64,000 bases of DNA from Pristiophorus japonicus (taxonomy: Eukaryota): positions 125,860,001 through 125,924,000 of the forward strand of contig NC_091991.1 of NCBI RefSeq assembly GCF_044704955.1. The letters are read 5' to 3'. Made by a program: the position numbers and the translations under genes. Of this stretch, positions 62,795 to 64,000 are shown piece by piece; the first letter of the stretch is position 1; each line of letters starts with the position of its first letter. Under the pieces are notes generated by a model. It was not told the origin of the DNA and did no database searches. It saw only the letters and a list, made by a program, of their open reading frames with translations.

Positions 62795-63810
62795 GGCCAG
62801 AGTTTTCCGGGGGGGTCAGCGGGGGGGATTGGTGGTGGGTTGGGTCGGAAAGTTTTTTTTGACAGCGGGTCAGGACCCCGCTGTCAACCCGCTGCCACCT
62901 GCCTTTACTAATGTTGGGTCTGTCAGCGGTGAGTAGACCCAAGATGCAGTGGCAGGGGGCCCAATTAAGCTGATTGTTGCCTTGTTGACAGATCATTAAT
63001 AATACATCTAACCTTACCGTTTCTTTTTAACTGCTCGCCCACAGGGTTCCACGCTGCTCGGGGACCACGTCTGTTAAGTTGAGACGGGAGTTGAATGGCC
63101 ATGGCCAGATTTGACAGATTGAAATGTGCTATAAAAGCTCCCATCTCACAGCTGTTTACTTTCCAAGCTCATCTGGAACACAGACTGAGTTTTATGCAGG
63201 TTGCAAATGTTTGGAGCAAACTCTGTATCCAGTGTCACCTCATTGGAACAGCATATCTCACCATTGACAGCTTGCTTCTGTCATCTCTACTTCACCTGCC
63301 GTCTATTCCATCAACATGGGTTCCGTTTATACTGTTTCACCTTGGTCCTCAGAATCACGATCAGCCCCAACACCAGCAGCACCAGGCACACCAGCAGCAC
63401 CAATAACAACAACAACCTTCTCTGCAATCAACTGATGCTGCACAGGATAGGGAGCGTTAGCACCCGAGCACATTGCTGCCCGGGAGGCCAGAGTTGGCCT
63501 CAGCATGGGCAGATTTACTTCACTTGACCATGTATATCCTGGCTGCCACATAATGCGCTAGGTTGGCACTGCCCCACACCAACACAATAAATCCCTACAA
63601 TGTCCAAGCCATTCCTTTCACATTTACCACCTTTGCAGGGAATAGCATTCTGTTTCACCATTCTCTGCAACTCACAAAGGCACTTCCAAAGGATCACACA
63701 AATCTGTCCAAGAATGCAAAGTGTTGAAAATAAAGGTTTCAATGCTTGACAGCACATTAATAGAAACATTCAATAAACATTGGATAAAACACCCAAGTGG
63801 CTCCCTGCGA
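62795..63810 (+). mobile_element. Decayed Harbinger 5' arm with a possible transposase N-terminal remnant
   Basis: ggccagagttttcc TIR-like start; arm similar to 26270; other end not identified. Confidence 0.45.
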
Positions 63811-63824
63811 GCTGTGATTCCCTC

Positions 63825-64000
63825 TATAAGCATATGGAGTGGGTCATGGGAGAACGTAGGTGCAGCCCTGTATATAAAGGTACAGCAGTTATCATGGGTG
63901 ACTTTAATCTACATATACATTGGGCTAACCAAACTGGTAGCAATACGATGGAGGAGGATTTCCTGGAATGTATTAAGGATGGTTTTCGAGACCAATATGT
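63825..64000 (+). mobile_element. CR1 endonuclease fragment running off the window
   Basis: VIMGDFNLHIHW..EEDFLECIKDGF motif. Confidence 0.85.

Noticed and set aside
62720-62812. Possible next ccdc154 exon (acag|VKIMHLSAY...)
   Set aside because: Similarity to the expected QIMKLEN..NKTIQNL segment is only superficial, it runs into a MITE TIR, and there is no convincing donor.

Overview
Repeat-dense vertebrate genomic DNA. It is most likely from a cartilaginous fish, inferred from the CR1, DeuSINE-like, Penelope and Mag-type Gypsy repeat spectrum. The window lies inside one + strand host gene: seven phase-compatible coding exons between 2022 and 56738 encode a coiled-coil protein that aligns segment by segment with CCDC154 as I recall it. 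The gene start and end fall outside the window. The introns hold PIF/Harbinger elements (one near-complete copy at 51688-56052 with a transposase and a convergent 3-exon Myb/SANT gene, plus many deletion derivatives and MITEs). They also hold a full-length and an internally deleted Gypsy element, three solo LTRs, many CR1 copies, and L2, RTE, SINE and Penelope fragments, often nested. Most notable: an intron-less HYPK gene fragment inside a Harbinger-type MITE; a minimal hammerhead ribozyme split by a Gypsy insertion; NRF1-like palindromes recurring upstream of the Harbinger Myb genes; minisatellites born inside Harbinger derivatives; and LTR insertions clustered in Harbingers. I see no CRISPR array or prokaryotic-type system, and most ORFs in the track are spurious or TE-derived. 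Homology calls rest on recalled sequences, not searches. Boundaries without a stated TSD are approximate.
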